Part shown: one piece after another, positions 38,733 through 49,500 of the stretch | How the letters are laid out: every line of letters starts with the position of its first letter | Position numbering within the stretch: position 1 is the first letter of the stretch | Source of the DNA: Patescibacteria group bacterium | GTDB lineage: Bacteria; Patescibacteriota; Patescibacteriia; UBA2591; CALHIP01 | Reading direction: 5' to 3' | Assembly: GCA_026417895.1 (NCBI GenBank) | Contig: JAOACJ010000009.1 | Location: forward strand, 2,128-66,127 | DNA: 64,000 bases | Notes under the pieces: model-generated | Told to the model about the DNA's origin: nothing | Seen by the model: only the letters and a program-made list of their open reading frames with translations | The model's database searches: none | Made by a program: the position numbers and the translations under genes

Positions 38733-40043
38733 TTAAAAGGGTAATATTTTTTCTATCTGTCTAAATGTCTTTTGGTCAAATTCATTTCTTACTTTTACAA
38801 TTGGTTTATTTGATTGAATCAGGCGAGAAAGATCAGCTGAAGTAACGGCTAAAACAGTATCACATTGTGCTCGATTGATGGTTTTTTCTAAATCTTTCAT
38901 TTGTTTCTGGCTATAACCCATTGTTGGGACAACTTGAAGGTAAGGATATTTTTGAAATGTTTTCTTAATCTCTCCGACAACAAAATTTTGAGGCGAAATA
39001 ATTTTTTTAGCTTTAAATTTTTTAGCTAATAAGAGACCATAGCTTTCAGCCTCACCATGAGTAATTGTTGGCGCGTCCTCTACGATTAAAACATTTTTCC
39101 CTTTAATTAATTCTGGCTGAGAAAGTTTTGTTTCTGATTTAGCTTGAATAATTTTTGCCTTTTGATTTAAAAGACGAATATTCTCAATCATCTTTCTGGC
39201 TGATTTTTTTGAAGCGGTCGAAATTTTTGAAATAATAACTAAATCAGAAAGAATTAAATTTATAGCGCTTGGCCAATAATTAAGCTCATCACCAACCCGA
39301 TGTGGATCTGCCACTGTAATATAGAAATTTGGTTGAATAAAGGAAAAATCATTATTACCCCCATCCCACAAGATAATCTCAGCCTCTTTTTCTGCTGCTT
39401 TTAAAATCTTTTGATAATCAATGCCGGCATAAATTGAAGCACCGTCCTCAAGATATGGCTCGTATTCCTCTCTTTCTTCAATGGTTGCTCGATAATAATT
39501 TAAATCTTCGTAAGTAGAAAATTTTTGAACCTCCTGTCTTTTCAAATTAGGATCGTAGGGCATGGGATGACGGATAACAGCCACCCGATAATCCCTTTTT
39601 CTTAAGATTTTTAAAACGGTTCTCGAAACCATCGATTTGCCAGCTCCGGTCCTCGTTGCACAAACAGCAATAACCTTTCTTCTCGAAATAATCATCGTTT
39701 GTCTCGGTCCTAATAATCTAAAACTCGCCCCTACCGCCATAGCTGAAGAAGCAAGGTTCATAATTTTTTGGTAAGAAACATCGGAATAAGAGAAGACAAT
39801 TTCATCAACTTTAAATTTTTTCACTAATTTAACTAAATCTTTTTCTGGATAAATAGGAATGCCTCGCGGATAGAGTTTGCCAGCTAAAGAAGCTGGATAA
39901 TGTCTCTTTTCAATGCCGGGAATTTGAGCAGCGGTAAAACAGACGACTCTATATTCAGGGTTGTCTTTAAAATAAACTAAAAAATTATGAAAATCTCGTC
40001 CGGCCGCACCAATGATAATAATTTTTTTAATTTTTTGTAGCAT
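38733..40043 (-). CDS. P-loop protein, possibly cyclic 2,3-diphosphoglycerate synthetase (CpgS)-like; function uncertain
   Basis: About 436 aa from the internal ATG at 40043. N-terminal Rossmann-like IIIIGAAGRDFHNF, central P-loop VCATRTGAGKSMVS. The assignment rests on memory of the CpgS family architecture and is not verified. Confidence 0.4.
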   Translation of the reverse strand: MLQKIKKIIIIGAAGRDFHNFLVYFKDNPEYRVVCFTAAQIPGIEKRHYPASLAGKLYPRGIPIYPEKDLVKLVKKFKVDEIVFSYSDVSYQKIMNLASSAMAVGASFRLLGPRQTMIISRRKVIAVCATRTGAGKSMVSRTVLKILRKRDYRVAVIRHPMPYDPNLKRQEVQKFSTYEDLNYYRATIEEREEYEPYLEDGASIYAGIDYQKILKAAEKEAEIILWDGGNNDFSFIQPNFYITVADPHRVGDELNYWPSAINLILSDLVIISKISTASKKSARKMIENIRLLNQKAKIIQAKSETKLSQPELIKGKNVLIVEDAPTITHGEAESYGLLLAKKFKAKKIISPQNFVVGEIKKTFQKYPYLQVVPTMGYSQKQMKDLEKTINRAQCDTVLAVTSADLSRLIQSNKPIVKVRNEFDQKTFRQIEKILPF

Positions 40044-40827
40044 CGTTTTTTGATTCTTCTTTATTTTTGAGTTTCTTATTTTTTTTATCTGACACATCCA
40101 CTGACAAAAGAGAAACGGATCCATTTTTGGTAACAGTGTTGATTTCTTTTTGTCCTTCTTGAATTGCCTCAGTAATTAACCTAGTAACAATTTCAATGGA
40201 TTTGATAGCATCATCGTTGCCAGGAATAGGATAGTCAACTAAAGTTGGGTCACAATTGGTATCAACTAAACCAATACTTTTAATTTTGGCTTTTTTCGCT
40301 TCTCGAACGGCTGTCTTTTCATACCGAAGATCAATAATATAAATTGCTTCAGGAATTTTCTCTAAATTTCTTAAACCACCAACAAAATTATTTAATCGGT
40401 TGAGCTCTTTTTCTAACTTCATTCTTTCTTTTTTTGGATATTTATCCCATTCACCTGATTCTTTTTCTTCTTCCATTTTTTTTAATTTTTGAATTAACTG
40501 AGAAACCACAGAAAAATTTGTCAACAGACCAGCCAACCAACGCTCAACGATGTAGGGCATCTTGACTTCTTCAGCATATTTTTTGACAATGACTTGAGCG
40601 GCTGGTTTAGTGCCAACAAATAAAATCTGGCCATTTTGCTCAACAACCCTTTTAACAAAATCTAACACTTTAACTAGAGCTTGACGTGTTTTCTCTAAAT
40701 CGATTAAATGAACATTATTTTTTATCGTGTATAAATATGGCGCCATTTTGGGATGGCACTTCCTTGCTTGATGACCAAAATGAACCATCGCCTCAAACAA
40801 TTCTTCTTCGGTAGGAATATTAACCAT
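40027..40827 (-). CDS. rpsB: 30S ribosomal protein S2
   Basis: Canonical S2 core (HFGHQARKCHPKMAPYLY...) with a Lys-rich C-terminal extension. Confidence 0.9.
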   Translation of the reverse strand: MVNIPTEEELFEAMVHFGHQARKCHPKMAPYLYTIKNNVHLIDLEKTRQALVKVLDFVKRVVEQNGQILFVGTKPAAQVIVKKYAEEVKMPYIVERWLAGLLTNFSVVSQLIQKLKKMEEEKESGEWDKYPKKERMKLEKELNRLNNFVGGLRNLEKIPEAIYIIDLRYEKTAVREAKKAKIKSIGLVDTNCDPTLVDYPIPGNDDAIKSIEIVTRLITEAIQEGQKEINTVTKNGSVSLLSVDVSDKKNKKLKNKEESKNDATKN

Positions 40828-40886
40828 AAATTTTAAGAAAAAGTTATTTTAATTTTAAGAAAAAAAGTATAACATATTATCATTGT

Positions 40887-40914
40887 TTGTCAAAATGAAA
40901 AAATTGTGTATAAT
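40887..40914 (+). promoter_or_regulatory. sigma70-like promoter (TTGTCA-16-TATAAT) upstream of rpmE-prfA
   Basis: ttgtca at 40887-40892 and tataat at 40909-40914, about 130 nt upstream of the rpmE ATG. Confidence 0.45.
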
Positions 40915-41046
40915 TAGTTTATCAAAATAATATAATTTTCTTGTTTTCTGATACCAATATGAACGACTTTCTGTCACAAAGATTGACCCAGAGATCTAAC
41001 AATTTCAACGTTCTCATAACAAAACAAGGCTTCTTTATATAAAATT

Positions 41047-41289
41047 ATGGCAAAAAAAGAAAAAAATCAATACTATCCCTATCCAGAAGCAAAAATCATT
41101 TGTAGTTGCGGCAATGTCATGAAGGTCGGTTCAACAGTCAAAGAAATGCATGTCGAAATTTGTTCGCAATGTCATCCTTTTTATACGGGGAAACAAAAAT
41201 TTATTGACACGGCTGGTCAATTAGAAAAGTTTCAGAAACGATTAGCAAAGAAAAAATTGCTGGAGAAAAAAGAAGGAAAGAAAAAATGA
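41047..41289 (+). CDS. rpmE: 50S ribosomal protein L31
   Basis: CxxC...CxxC zinc ribbon (CSCGNVMKV...[10 protein letters not shown]). Confidence 0.85.
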   Translation: MAKKEKNQYYPYPEAKIICSCGNVMKVGSTVKEMHVEICSQCHPFYTGKQKFIDTAGQLEKFQKRLAKKKLLEKKEGKKK

Positions 41290-42302
41290 CAATTGAAGAA
41301 CTAAAAAATAAAATAAAAAAAATGGAACAGGATTTTAATGATCCCCAAGTTTTTAATTGTCCTGAAAAATTAGCTGTCCTTCAAAAAGAATATCAAAAAA
41401 TAAAAAAGACATTAGTTGTTTTAGAAAAGATTGAAAAAATTAAAAAAGAAATTAATGAGACAGAAAAAATTTTAAACGAAGACCGTGATGAAGAATTACT
41501 AGTCTTAGCCGAAAAAGAGTTGGAAAGGTTAAAAAAAGAAAAAGAAAAGCTAGAAAAAGAACTTGCCGGAGAAGAAAAATTAGAAAACAAAAGTGTGATA
41601 GTGGAAATCCGAGCCGGTACTGGCGGCGAAGAAGCGGCTCTTTTCGCCGCTGATTTATTCCGAATGTATTCAAAATTTGCCGAAAAGCAAGGTTGGACAA
41701 CAGAATTATTTTCTACCAATCGTACCGGCATCGGTGGTTTTAAAGAAGTCATTTTTAGAGTTTCTGGCCAAAATGTCTGGCTAAACTTAAAAAATGAAGC
41801 CGGCGTTCATCGTGTCCAAAGAATTCCAGTGACCGAAAAATCAGGACGAATTCACACTTCGACTGCTTCGGTGGCCATTTTACCAGAAGCAAATGAAAGT
41901 GAAATATCTATTAGACCAGAAGATTTAAAAATTGAAACCTTTCGTGCCTCCGCCAAAGGTGGTCAAAATGTCCAGAAGGTAGAAAGTGCAGTGCGGATCA
42001 CTCATTTACCAACTGGCCTGACTGTCTCCTGTCAAGAAGAAAGATCGCAGGCAAGAAATAAAGAAAAGGCTTTAAAAATTTTACGCACCAGGCTGTTAGC
42101 TCAAGAACAAGAAAAAAAAGAAAAAGAAATCAGTCAAACTAGAAAAGAGCAAATCAAAAAGGCTGAACGGGCAGATAAAATCCGTACTTATAATTTTCCC
42201 CAAAATCGTGTCACTGACCATCGACTGAATAAATCTTGGTATAATTTAGCTGAAATTATGGACGGAAATTTAGAGGAAATTGTGGAGGAATTTAAAAAAT
42301 AA
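41286..42302 (+). CDS. prfA: peptide chain release factor 1
   Basis: GGQ motif ([22 protein letters not shown]) and an RF1-type PVT tripeptide ([14 protein letters not shown]). Confidence 0.9.
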   Translation: MTIEELKNKIKKMEQDFNDPQVFNCPEKLAVLQKEYQKIKKTLVVLEKIEKIKKEINETEKILNEDRDEELLVLAEKELERLKKEKEKLEKELAGEEKLENKSVIVEIRAGTGGEEAALFAADLFRMYSKFAEKQGWTTELFSTNRTGIGGFKEVIFRVSGQNVWLNLKNEAGVHRVQRIPVTEKSGRIHTSTASVAILPEANESEISIRPEDLKIETFRASAKGGQNVQKVESAVRITHLPTGLTVSCQEERSQARNKEKALKILRTRLLAQEQEKKEKEISQTRKEQIKKAERADKIRTYNFPQNRVTDHRLNKSWYNLAEIMDGNLEEIVEEFKK

Positions 42303-42397
42303 TTATTGGTTTATCGTCTAAAACTAATGTGTTAACACGTTAATTATTGATTAAAAAATGTTTTAATAAATTTTTTGATTTTAATTGTGACGATGGT

Positions 42398-43435
42398 TTA
42401 ATAATTAACTCTGTTGTTTTTTGAAATAATACCTAGCCAACTTTTCCCTGGTAAAAATTTTATTTCTTTGCCATTCTCATCATAAAAGCGCGTCCGACCT
42501 GCTTCTTTGAGCCACCGACTATTGATAACGTGGCCGTTTTGAAAAACCCTCGCCTCACCTTGGCCGGTCAGTTTAATTTTGCGTCGCCCTTCAGCATCAA
42601 TGATCGTCATCTCTATGTATTGAAGAATTAAATTTTTAACTCTTAATTCTTGACCATCTTTATCTAAATAAATTTTTCCGTTTTGCCAATATTGATATTC
42701 ATTATTTTTTGAATCGTACTGCCATTTGACTTGATAAATCGGAGAAAAGGCAAGGTTGATTTTTTCTATTTTTCCCTTTGCCAATTCTTTTTCCTCAAAT
42801 AACCAGGGCGCAAATTTCGCTTCTGGATTAATTTTTTGCTCGGTTAAAAATTTTTCTATTGACTCTTTTTTTATATAAAGATTGTGCGGGGCAGGTTCAC
42901 TACTTCGATAAAAATATTTTCCCTGCCAACTAATTTCATTAAGGTCGAAGAGTTTATAAAAGCCCTGTTTTAATTTAAAAAGAACATCTGCCGAACCACC
43001 GGCATGAATAAATAATGCTTTGTACTCCTCGGCAATTTCGGCAAAATAAGACCGAGCTGATCGGATTGGTCCTAAATTTTCCGGTAAATTATCTAAATCA
43101 AAAATGGCTAAAAAACGAGTCACACCTCCTTCAACTGGTACTTCATAGATTATTGAGGCTAAAGAAAGATTTGGTTTTGGAGCACCTGATAAATTTTCCA
43201 AAATCACTGTCACGGGTAACAGACTCTCTTTATTTCGTTCAACAGTCGAACCATCGAGAAGACGGTTATTTTTTCCTTCTCCCTGCTTATCTCCCTGCTC
43301 GTTACTTAAGACTGGAGACTGATTCTCAATTTGATTAAAATAAATTTTTGGTTGATGGAAAAGATAACTATTCAACCATAAGAAAAGAATTAGGGAAAAA
43401 ACAATAATTAATAAAAAGAGGGAAATTTTCGTCAT
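42398..43435 (-). CDS. DUF3048 (YerB-like) secreted or lipo-protein
   Basis: IIYEVPVEGGVTRFLAIFD matches the DUF3048 core. N-terminal TM/signal. Confidence 0.6.
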   Translation of the reverse strand: MTKISLFLLIIVFSLILFLWLNSYLFHQPKIYFNQIENQSPVLSNEQGDKQGEGKNNRLLDGSTVERNKESLLPVTVILENLSGAPKPNLSLASIIYEVPVEGGVTRFLAIFDLDNLPENLGPIRSARSYFAEIAEEYKALFIHAGGSADVLFKLKQGFYKLFDLNEISWQGKYFYRSSEPAPHNLYIKKESIEKFLTEQKINPEAKFAPWLFEEKELAKGKIEKINLAFSPIYQVKWQYDSKNNEYQYWQNGKIYLDKDGQELRVKNLILQYIEMTIIDAEGRRKIKLTGQGEARVFQNGHVINSRWLKEAGRTRFYDENGKEIKFLPGKSWLGIISKNNRVNY

Positions 43436-44082
43436 TGACTTTCTTCTTTTTTACTCCCTGGTGTTTGGGGAATTGATGTCTCCTCTTTTCCTTCACTAAC
43501 TACCTCTTCTCCTTTGATTTCTTCTTTTTCGACTTTTGGCGCAGAAACGCTAACAACCACGTCTTCTAAATTATGAAGAACCCGAATAGTGGTTGGAGTT
43601 TTTAGGTCTTTAATTCTAATCAAATCATTTAATTCACGCAATAAGGAAAGATCAACTTCTATTTCATGAATCAAGTCTTTTGGTAAACATTCTATTTTAA
43701 TTTTCGTCAATTGATGAACAAGAATACCTCCCTTTTCTTTAACGGCTGGGGCCTCACCAAGAAATTTCAAATCAACTTCAACAGTTACTTTTTCTTTTTC
43801 TTTCACTTGATAAAAATCAATATGAGAAATTTTTTCTGTTAAAGGATCGTATTGAATGTCATGAATTAAGGCTTTAACTGGCAATTGATCGTCAATTATT
43901 AAGTCAATTAAAGTGCTCTCACCGGTCTGTTTAAAAATCTTTTCAAATGGTATCTTTTCAACTTCGATCGCTTGAGGCGTCTTCCCGTGACCATAAAGAA
44001 TGGCTGGAATCAAACCGGCTTTGCGCAATTTTTTGACTTTTTTGCCAAAAATTTTTCTTGATTTTACTTTAAGAGTTGGCAT
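43432..44082 (-). CDS. rplY: 50S ribosomal protein L25 / general stress protein Ctc
   Basis: MPTLKVKSRKIFGKKVKKLRKAGLIPAILYGHG. Confidence 0.8.
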   Translation of the reverse strand: MPTLKVKSRKIFGKKVKKLRKAGLIPAILYGHGKTPQAIEVEKIPFEKIFKQTGESTLIDLIIDDQLPVKALIHDIQYDPLTEKISHIDFYQVKEKEKVTVEVDLKFLGEAPAVKEKGGILVHQLTKIKIECLPKDLIHEIEVDLSLLRELNDLIRIKDLKTPTTIRVLHNLEDVVVSVSAPKVEKEEIKGEEVVSEGKEETSIPQTPGSKKEESQ

Positions 44083-44103
44083 AAAATTAAAAATTATTTT
44101 TTA

Positions 44104-45231
44104 TTATACCCTGCCTTCTTTTTTTGTCAATGTTTGATGAATAATTGCACTCTGAACAAGACCAAGGGAAAGACAATTCATTATTAAAGCACTCCCCCCA
44201 TAACTAATAAAGGGCAAGGGAATACCAATAATTGGTAAAAGACCCAAGTTCATGCTGACATTAATGATAGCCTGAATCAAAATATTAAACGCTAAACCAA
44301 GAATAAGAAAAAAACTAAAATCATCATAAATATTTCTTGCCACCTTAATCATTTTTAAAAAAAACGTTAAAAATAAAACAAGGAGGGAGCCTGCCCCCAA
44401 AAAACCAAACTCTTCAGCCAAGGCGGCAAAAATAAAATCTGTCTGACTGGCTGGTAAAAATCTTAATTGGGCCTGAGAACCAGCACCAATCCCTCGACCA
44501 AAAAGACCGCCAGCACCAATGGCAATTTTGGCTTGAGCAATTTGGTAGCCCCGACCTAACGGATCTGAGGTTGGAGAAAGAAAAGTTATAATTCTTGCTT
44601 TCTGATAATCTTTAAAAAGAAAATGCCAGAAAAAAAGGAAAATTAAAAAGAGAATCAGAAAAATATAGCCTAGATATTTAATTTTCTTAAGGTTCAAAAT
44701 CATCATTAATAACCAAACGGCACAGATGACCAAGGCTGAACCAAAGTCTGGTTGAAGTAAAATAGGAAAAACAAGAGAGAATAAAATCACAAAACTGAAG
44801 AATAAGTCTTTCAACCTCAGTCCTTTTTTTAATTTTTCAGATAAAATTTTCGCTAAAACAATAATTAAGACAATTTTTGCCAATTCCACTGGTTGAAAAT
44901 AAACCGGACCGAAAAAAAACCAACCCTTAACGCCGTGAAAACTTTTTCCGAAAATTAAAACTAAAATCAAGAGAAGAAGTGTTAAAAAATAAAGTAAATA
45001 GGCAGAAAAGTTGAGAAGTCGGAAATCAATCAAACTAAAAAGAAAAAAAAGAAAGAGACCGAAAAGAATAAAAATCAGATGTCTAATAAAAATACTGGCG
45101 GCGTTTTTTTCTAAACCTAAAGAAAGGCTATAATGAATAACCAAGCTGAAAATTAAAATCAGAACAAATAAAAAAAATATTGTCCAGTCAAATGATTTAA
45201 ACTTTCTGATTAGGGCGGTGAAAATTGACAT
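44104..45231 (-). CDS. rodA: SEDS-family peptidoglycan polymerase, RodA-like
   Basis: Second SEDS paralogue in the window. It lies outside the dcw cluster, so RodA is the more likely call. Confidence 0.7.
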   Translation of the reverse strand: MSIFTALIRKFKSFDWTIFFLFVLILIFSLVIHYSLSLGLEKNAASIFIRHLIFILFGLFLFFLFSLIDFRLLNFSAYLLYFLTLLLLILVLIFGKSFHGVKGWFFFGPVYFQPVELAKIVLIIVLAKILSEKLKKGLRLKDLFFSFVILFSLVFPILLQPDFGSALVICAVWLLMMILNLKKIKYLGYIFLILFLIFLFFWHFLFKDYQKARIITFLSPTSDPLGRGYQIAQAKIAIGAGGLFGRGIGAGSQAQLRFLPASQTDFIFAALAEEFGFLGAGSLLVLFLTFFLKMIKVARNIYDDFSFFLILGLAFNILIQAIINVSMNLGLLPIIGIPLPFISYGGSALIMNCLSLGLVQSAIIHQTLTKKEGRV

Positions 45232-45234
45232 ATT

Positions 45235-46092
45235 TTAATCTTTTTTTTGTTGAAAGATCGAACTCATAAAAGAGAGAGGATCGAAAACGTTAATTTCAGG
45301 TAAAACTTTTATCTCTGAAACAAAGGAAAAGGACGATGGCCAAATAATTTTTACTTCTCTTTCTTCTTGGCTAAAAATTTCTTTAAGATTTGTTCGTTCG
45401 ATAGCCACAATTTCTTGTCCTTGATAAAGTAAGACAATTAAATTAATTTGCCAAAAATTATAAATGGTCGAATTAATAAACTGAAAAGTAGTAACATCTC
45501 TTTCTTCTTCTCCTTGGGCGGGTAGATATTTAAGATTTTTAATCAAAAATTGTTTTGGAACTTCTAAAAGATATTTTTTTTCTTGACGAAGACGTTGCCA
45601 CTCAATTTCTTCAATTTGACAAGTCAAATTAAGTGGCGGTTCGTTAATTTGATGATTAAAAATGATTAAAAATTTTTCTTCGTTTGGTAAAAGAAACTTT
45701 GTCATTGAAGGTGACTCGCCCTTGGACCAAATAAAATGATATTTCAACGAACGAGCATACCAATTTTGATTGGGATTTTTAACTAAACAAATCAAATGAT
45801 ATCTACCACGACCAAGAGGAATGGCTTTACTATAAATAATTTCTGGCATTAAAGGGGTAATACTTTTATGAAGTTTTTCATAGTTGATGTTGACTAACCG
45901 CCCTAATTCTTTTTCCATTTCTTGATACTCTTTACTTTGAATAAGATAAAGAGTAAAATGATAGAAAAAATAGAACCAAATGAGAAGATCAATGATTATG
46001 AAGGTGGCAAAAAATATCTTTTTCAGCAATCTCTTTTTGGTGATTAAAAAATGAGCAATTCTCAATTTTTTAAGAGTTATCTCTTCGTCCAT
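45235..46092 (-). CDS. hypothetical membrane-anchored protein
   Basis: 285 aa, one N-terminal TM helix, no recognised domain. Co-directional with rodA. Confidence 0.45.
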   Translation of the reverse strand: MDEEITLKKLRIAHFLITKKRLLKKIFFATFIIIDLLIWFYFFYHFTLYLIQSKEYQEMEKELGRLVNINYEKLHKSITPLMPEIIYSKAIPLGRGRYHLICLVKNPNQNWYARSLKYHFIWSKGESPSMTKFLLPNEEKFLIIFNHQINEPPLNLTCQIEEIEWQRLRQEKKYLLEVPKQFLIKNLKYLPAQGEEERDVTTFQFINSTIYNFWQINLIVLLYQGQEIVAIERTNLKEIFSQEEREVKIIWPSSFSFVSEIKVLPEINVFDPLSFMSSIFQQKKD

Positions 46093-46100
46093 AGGAAGAT

Positions 46101-46129
46101 TTGATAGCTTTTAATAAAATAGTTATAAT
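46101..46129 (+). promoter_or_regulatory. canonical sigma70 promoter TTGATA-17-TATAAT
   Basis: ttgata at 46101-46106, a 17-nt spacer, tataat at 46124-46129, about 40 nt upstream of the 46171 ORF. Confidence 0.55.
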
Positions 46130-46170
46130 ATTATAACAATTATATCTTATTAATAAAATTTGTAAAACTT

Positions 46171-46482
46171 ATGATTCAAACAAGCAAAGATGTTTTATTT
46201 CTTGTTTTAGGCATTTCGATTTTAGTTGTTTCTTTTTTCCTTATCTTGTTATTGTATTATCTGATGAAATTTTTCCGAGAATGTTATAAAGTAAGTAAGT
46301 CTTTCTCAAAAATTACTGATCGAATTAATGAAACAACAAAAATAGTCAAAGAAAAGGGGCGACAATTTACTTTACTCCCTCTTTTAAGTGAAGCGATACG
46401 AACGATCATTGAATTTTTAAAAGAAATGAAAAGAAAAAAGGAAGAAAAAAGAGAAGAGGTAGAGCAAGAAAGTAAAAAATAA
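46171..46482 (+). CDS. small membrane protein (DUF948-like?)
   Basis: 103 aa with an N-terminal TM helix and a charged C-terminus. Confidence 0.4.
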   Translation: MIQTSKDVLFLVLGISILVVSFFLILLLYYLMKFFRECYKVSKSFSKITDRINETTKIVKEKGRQFTLLPLLSEAIRTIIEFLKEMKRKKEEKREEVEQESKK

Positions 46483-46591
46483 GACGAGGTAATCAATTTC
46501 TATATATAAAATGAGTTAGAAACTAATTAATTATCAATCTTTCTTTGCTTTATTGGAAGAAAAGAAATATTTTTCGTTTTAAATTTTTCCT

Positions 46592-49500
46592 ATGGCTTTT
46601 ACCCATCTCCATCTTCATTCACATTATAGTTTACTCGACGGATTAATAAAAATAGATCAGCTGATTGAAAGAGTAAAAAAAGAAAAGATGAAAGCGGTAG
46701 CCTTGACCGACCATGGTGTAATGTATGGAGCGATTGAATTTTATAAAAAAGCAAAAGAGGCTGAGGTTAAACCAATCATTGGTGTAGAGGCTTACCTAGC
46801 GCCAAACGGTCGATTCTCTAAAAGGGCCAAAATTGATGACAAGCCTTTTCATCTAACTCTACTAGCAAAAAATGAAGAGGGTTATAAGAACCTAATCAAA
46901 TTAACTAGCCTTGGCCATCTTGAGGGATTTTATTATAAACCGAGAATCGATTTTGAACTTTTAAGACTGTATTCAAAGGGGTTAATTGCTCTTTCTGGTT
47001 GCCTTCAGGGAGAAATTCCACAAATGATTTTAATGAAAAAAAGGCAAGAAATTAATTATTCGCTTTCTCGTTATAAAGAAATTTTTGGTGAAGATTTTTA
47101 CTTAGAAGTTCAGGCTCATAATTTTCCCGAACAAATCGAGGTTAATAAAGAATTATTTGCTTTAGCCAAAAAATTTAATTTAAAGGTGGTGGCCACCAAT
47201 GATACTCATTATTTAGATAAAGAAGACGCTGAAATTCAAGACATTCTTCTCTGTTTACAGACGAAAAAAAAGTTAAACGATAAAGAGAGGTTAAAAATGT
47301 CAAGTAATGATTTTTATTTCCGATCCGAAGAGGAAATGATAGATTTTTTCAAAGAAAATCCAGAGGCAATCATTCATACCCAGGAGATTGTAGAGAAATG
47401 TAATTTAGAGATTGAACTTGGCAAAATTAAGTTTCCTAAATTTCCTTTAAAAAATAACGAGTCAGCCGATGAATATTTAAAAAAATTATGTTATGAAAAA
47501 TTAAAAATAAAATACCCTAAAGGTGAAAAAGAAGTTATTCAAAGATTAGAATATGAATTAGAAATTATTAAAAAAACTGGTTTTGCTACTTATTTTTTAA
47601 TTGTCCATGACTTTGTCAGTTGGGCGAAGAAAAATAAAATTATGGTTGGTCCAGGCCGTGGCAGTGCCGCTAGTTCAATTGTTTCTTATATTCTAGATAT
47701 CACTTCAGTCGATCCTTTAAAATATGATTTAATTTTTGAAAGATTTTTAAATCCAGAAAGAATCTCGGCGCCAGATATTGATTTAGATTTTGCTGATACG
47801 AGAAGAGATGAAGTTATTCATTATATAGAAAATAAATACGGTAAAGACAATGTCGCTCAAATTATTACTTTTGGTACGATGGCTGCTCGAGTCGCTATTC
47901 GCGATGTTGGTCGGGTTCTTGGCCTGCCTTATAATTTTTGTGACCGATTGGCAAAGACGGTTCCGCCATTTTTTTCTTTAGATGAAGCTTTAAAAAAAGT
48001 AAAAGATTTAAGAGATACTTATCTAGAAAATCCTGAAGCGCGGAAGATTATTGATATAGCCAAAAAATTAGAAGGAGTTGCCAGACATGCTTCGACACAT
48101 GCCTGTGGTGTTGTTATCACTCCCGAACCATTAAATAATTTTTTACCTACTCAATACGATGTCTCTCAAGAAAAAAAAGTTCTTATTTCTCAGTATTCAA
48201 TGCATTCAATCGAAGATTTGGGTCTTTTGAAAATCGATCTTCTTGGTCTAAAAAATCTGACTATTTTAGAGACAACTATTAAATTGATTGAGAGTCGGGG
48301 AGGAAAATTAGAAATAGAAAAAATTTCTTTTAATGATAAAAAAACTTTTGAAATTTTAAAAACTGGGGCAACGGTTGGCATTTTTCAATTAGAAAGCGAG
48401 GGAATGAGAAAATATTTAGTCGAACTTCAACCCACAACTTTTGAAGATATTGTCGCTATGATTGCTCTTTATCGACCTGGGCCAATGGAACTAATTCCAA
48501 AATATATTACTGGCAAACATACAAAAAGAATTACTTATCTCCATCCAAAACTTAAACCAATTTTAGAAAAAACTTATGGCGTGGCTGTTTATCAAGAACA
48601 AATTTTAGAAATTGCCAAAGAGCTGGCTGGTTTTTCGTTAGCTGAAGCTGATATTCTGAGAAAGGCTATTGGCAAGAAAATTCCTGGCCTCCTGAAAGAG
48701 CAACGGAATAAATTTATTGAAGGTTGTCTGGCTAAAAAAATTGATCGAAAAATCGCAGAAGAGATCTTTAACTTTATTGAACCTTTCGCCGGTTATGCTT
48801 TTAATCGAGCCCATGCTGTCTGCTATGCCACCATTGCTTATCAAACTGCCTATCTTAAAGCTAATTGGCCAGTTGAGTTTATAACAGCTTTACTTATTTC
48901 TGATGCCGGTGATTTAGATCGAATGGCTATTGAAATAGAAGAAGCCCGAAGATTAAATATTGAGGTTTTGCCACCCGATATTAATGAGAGTCGAGAAAAT
49001 TTCACAATTGTTGAAAAAGAGGGTAAGAAAGCAATCAGGTTTGGTTTGATGGCTATAAAAAATGTCGGCGAAAACGTGGCAAAAGCCATTATTCAGGAAA
49101 GAGATGAAAATGGTCTTTATCAAAGTTTTACTGATTTTCTTAGTCGTGTACCGTTACAGTATCTTAATAAAAAATCTTTGGAAAGTTTAATCAAGGGTGG
49201 CGCCTTGGATCGATTTGGCCATCGAGGAAATCTTTTAGAAAATTTAAGTGAAGCCTTAGCCTTTGCCAAAAAAAGTCAAAAGGAAAAAAACTCTCCCCAA
49301 AAAACACTCTTTGGTAATTTTAACTCTCATCAATCTTGCCCTTCTTTTCCATTAAAAAATAATAAAAATCTTTCTTTTCAAGAAATACTTTGTTTAGAAA
49401 AAGAATTTTTGGGCCTTTATATTTCTGGACACCCCCTCCAGGATTTTAAAAATTTAGAAAATAAAAAAATTACTCCCTGCGCCAAGCTTAACGAATTAAA

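Noticed and set aside
41286-42302. Alternative genetic code (UGA reassignment) suggested by seeing only RF1
   Set aside because: Long ORFs (dnaE at 1056 aa, the 974-aa M23 protein and others) are intact under the standard code, and TGA is used as a stop (e.g. ORF ending at 63814). RF2 is probably just outside the window.
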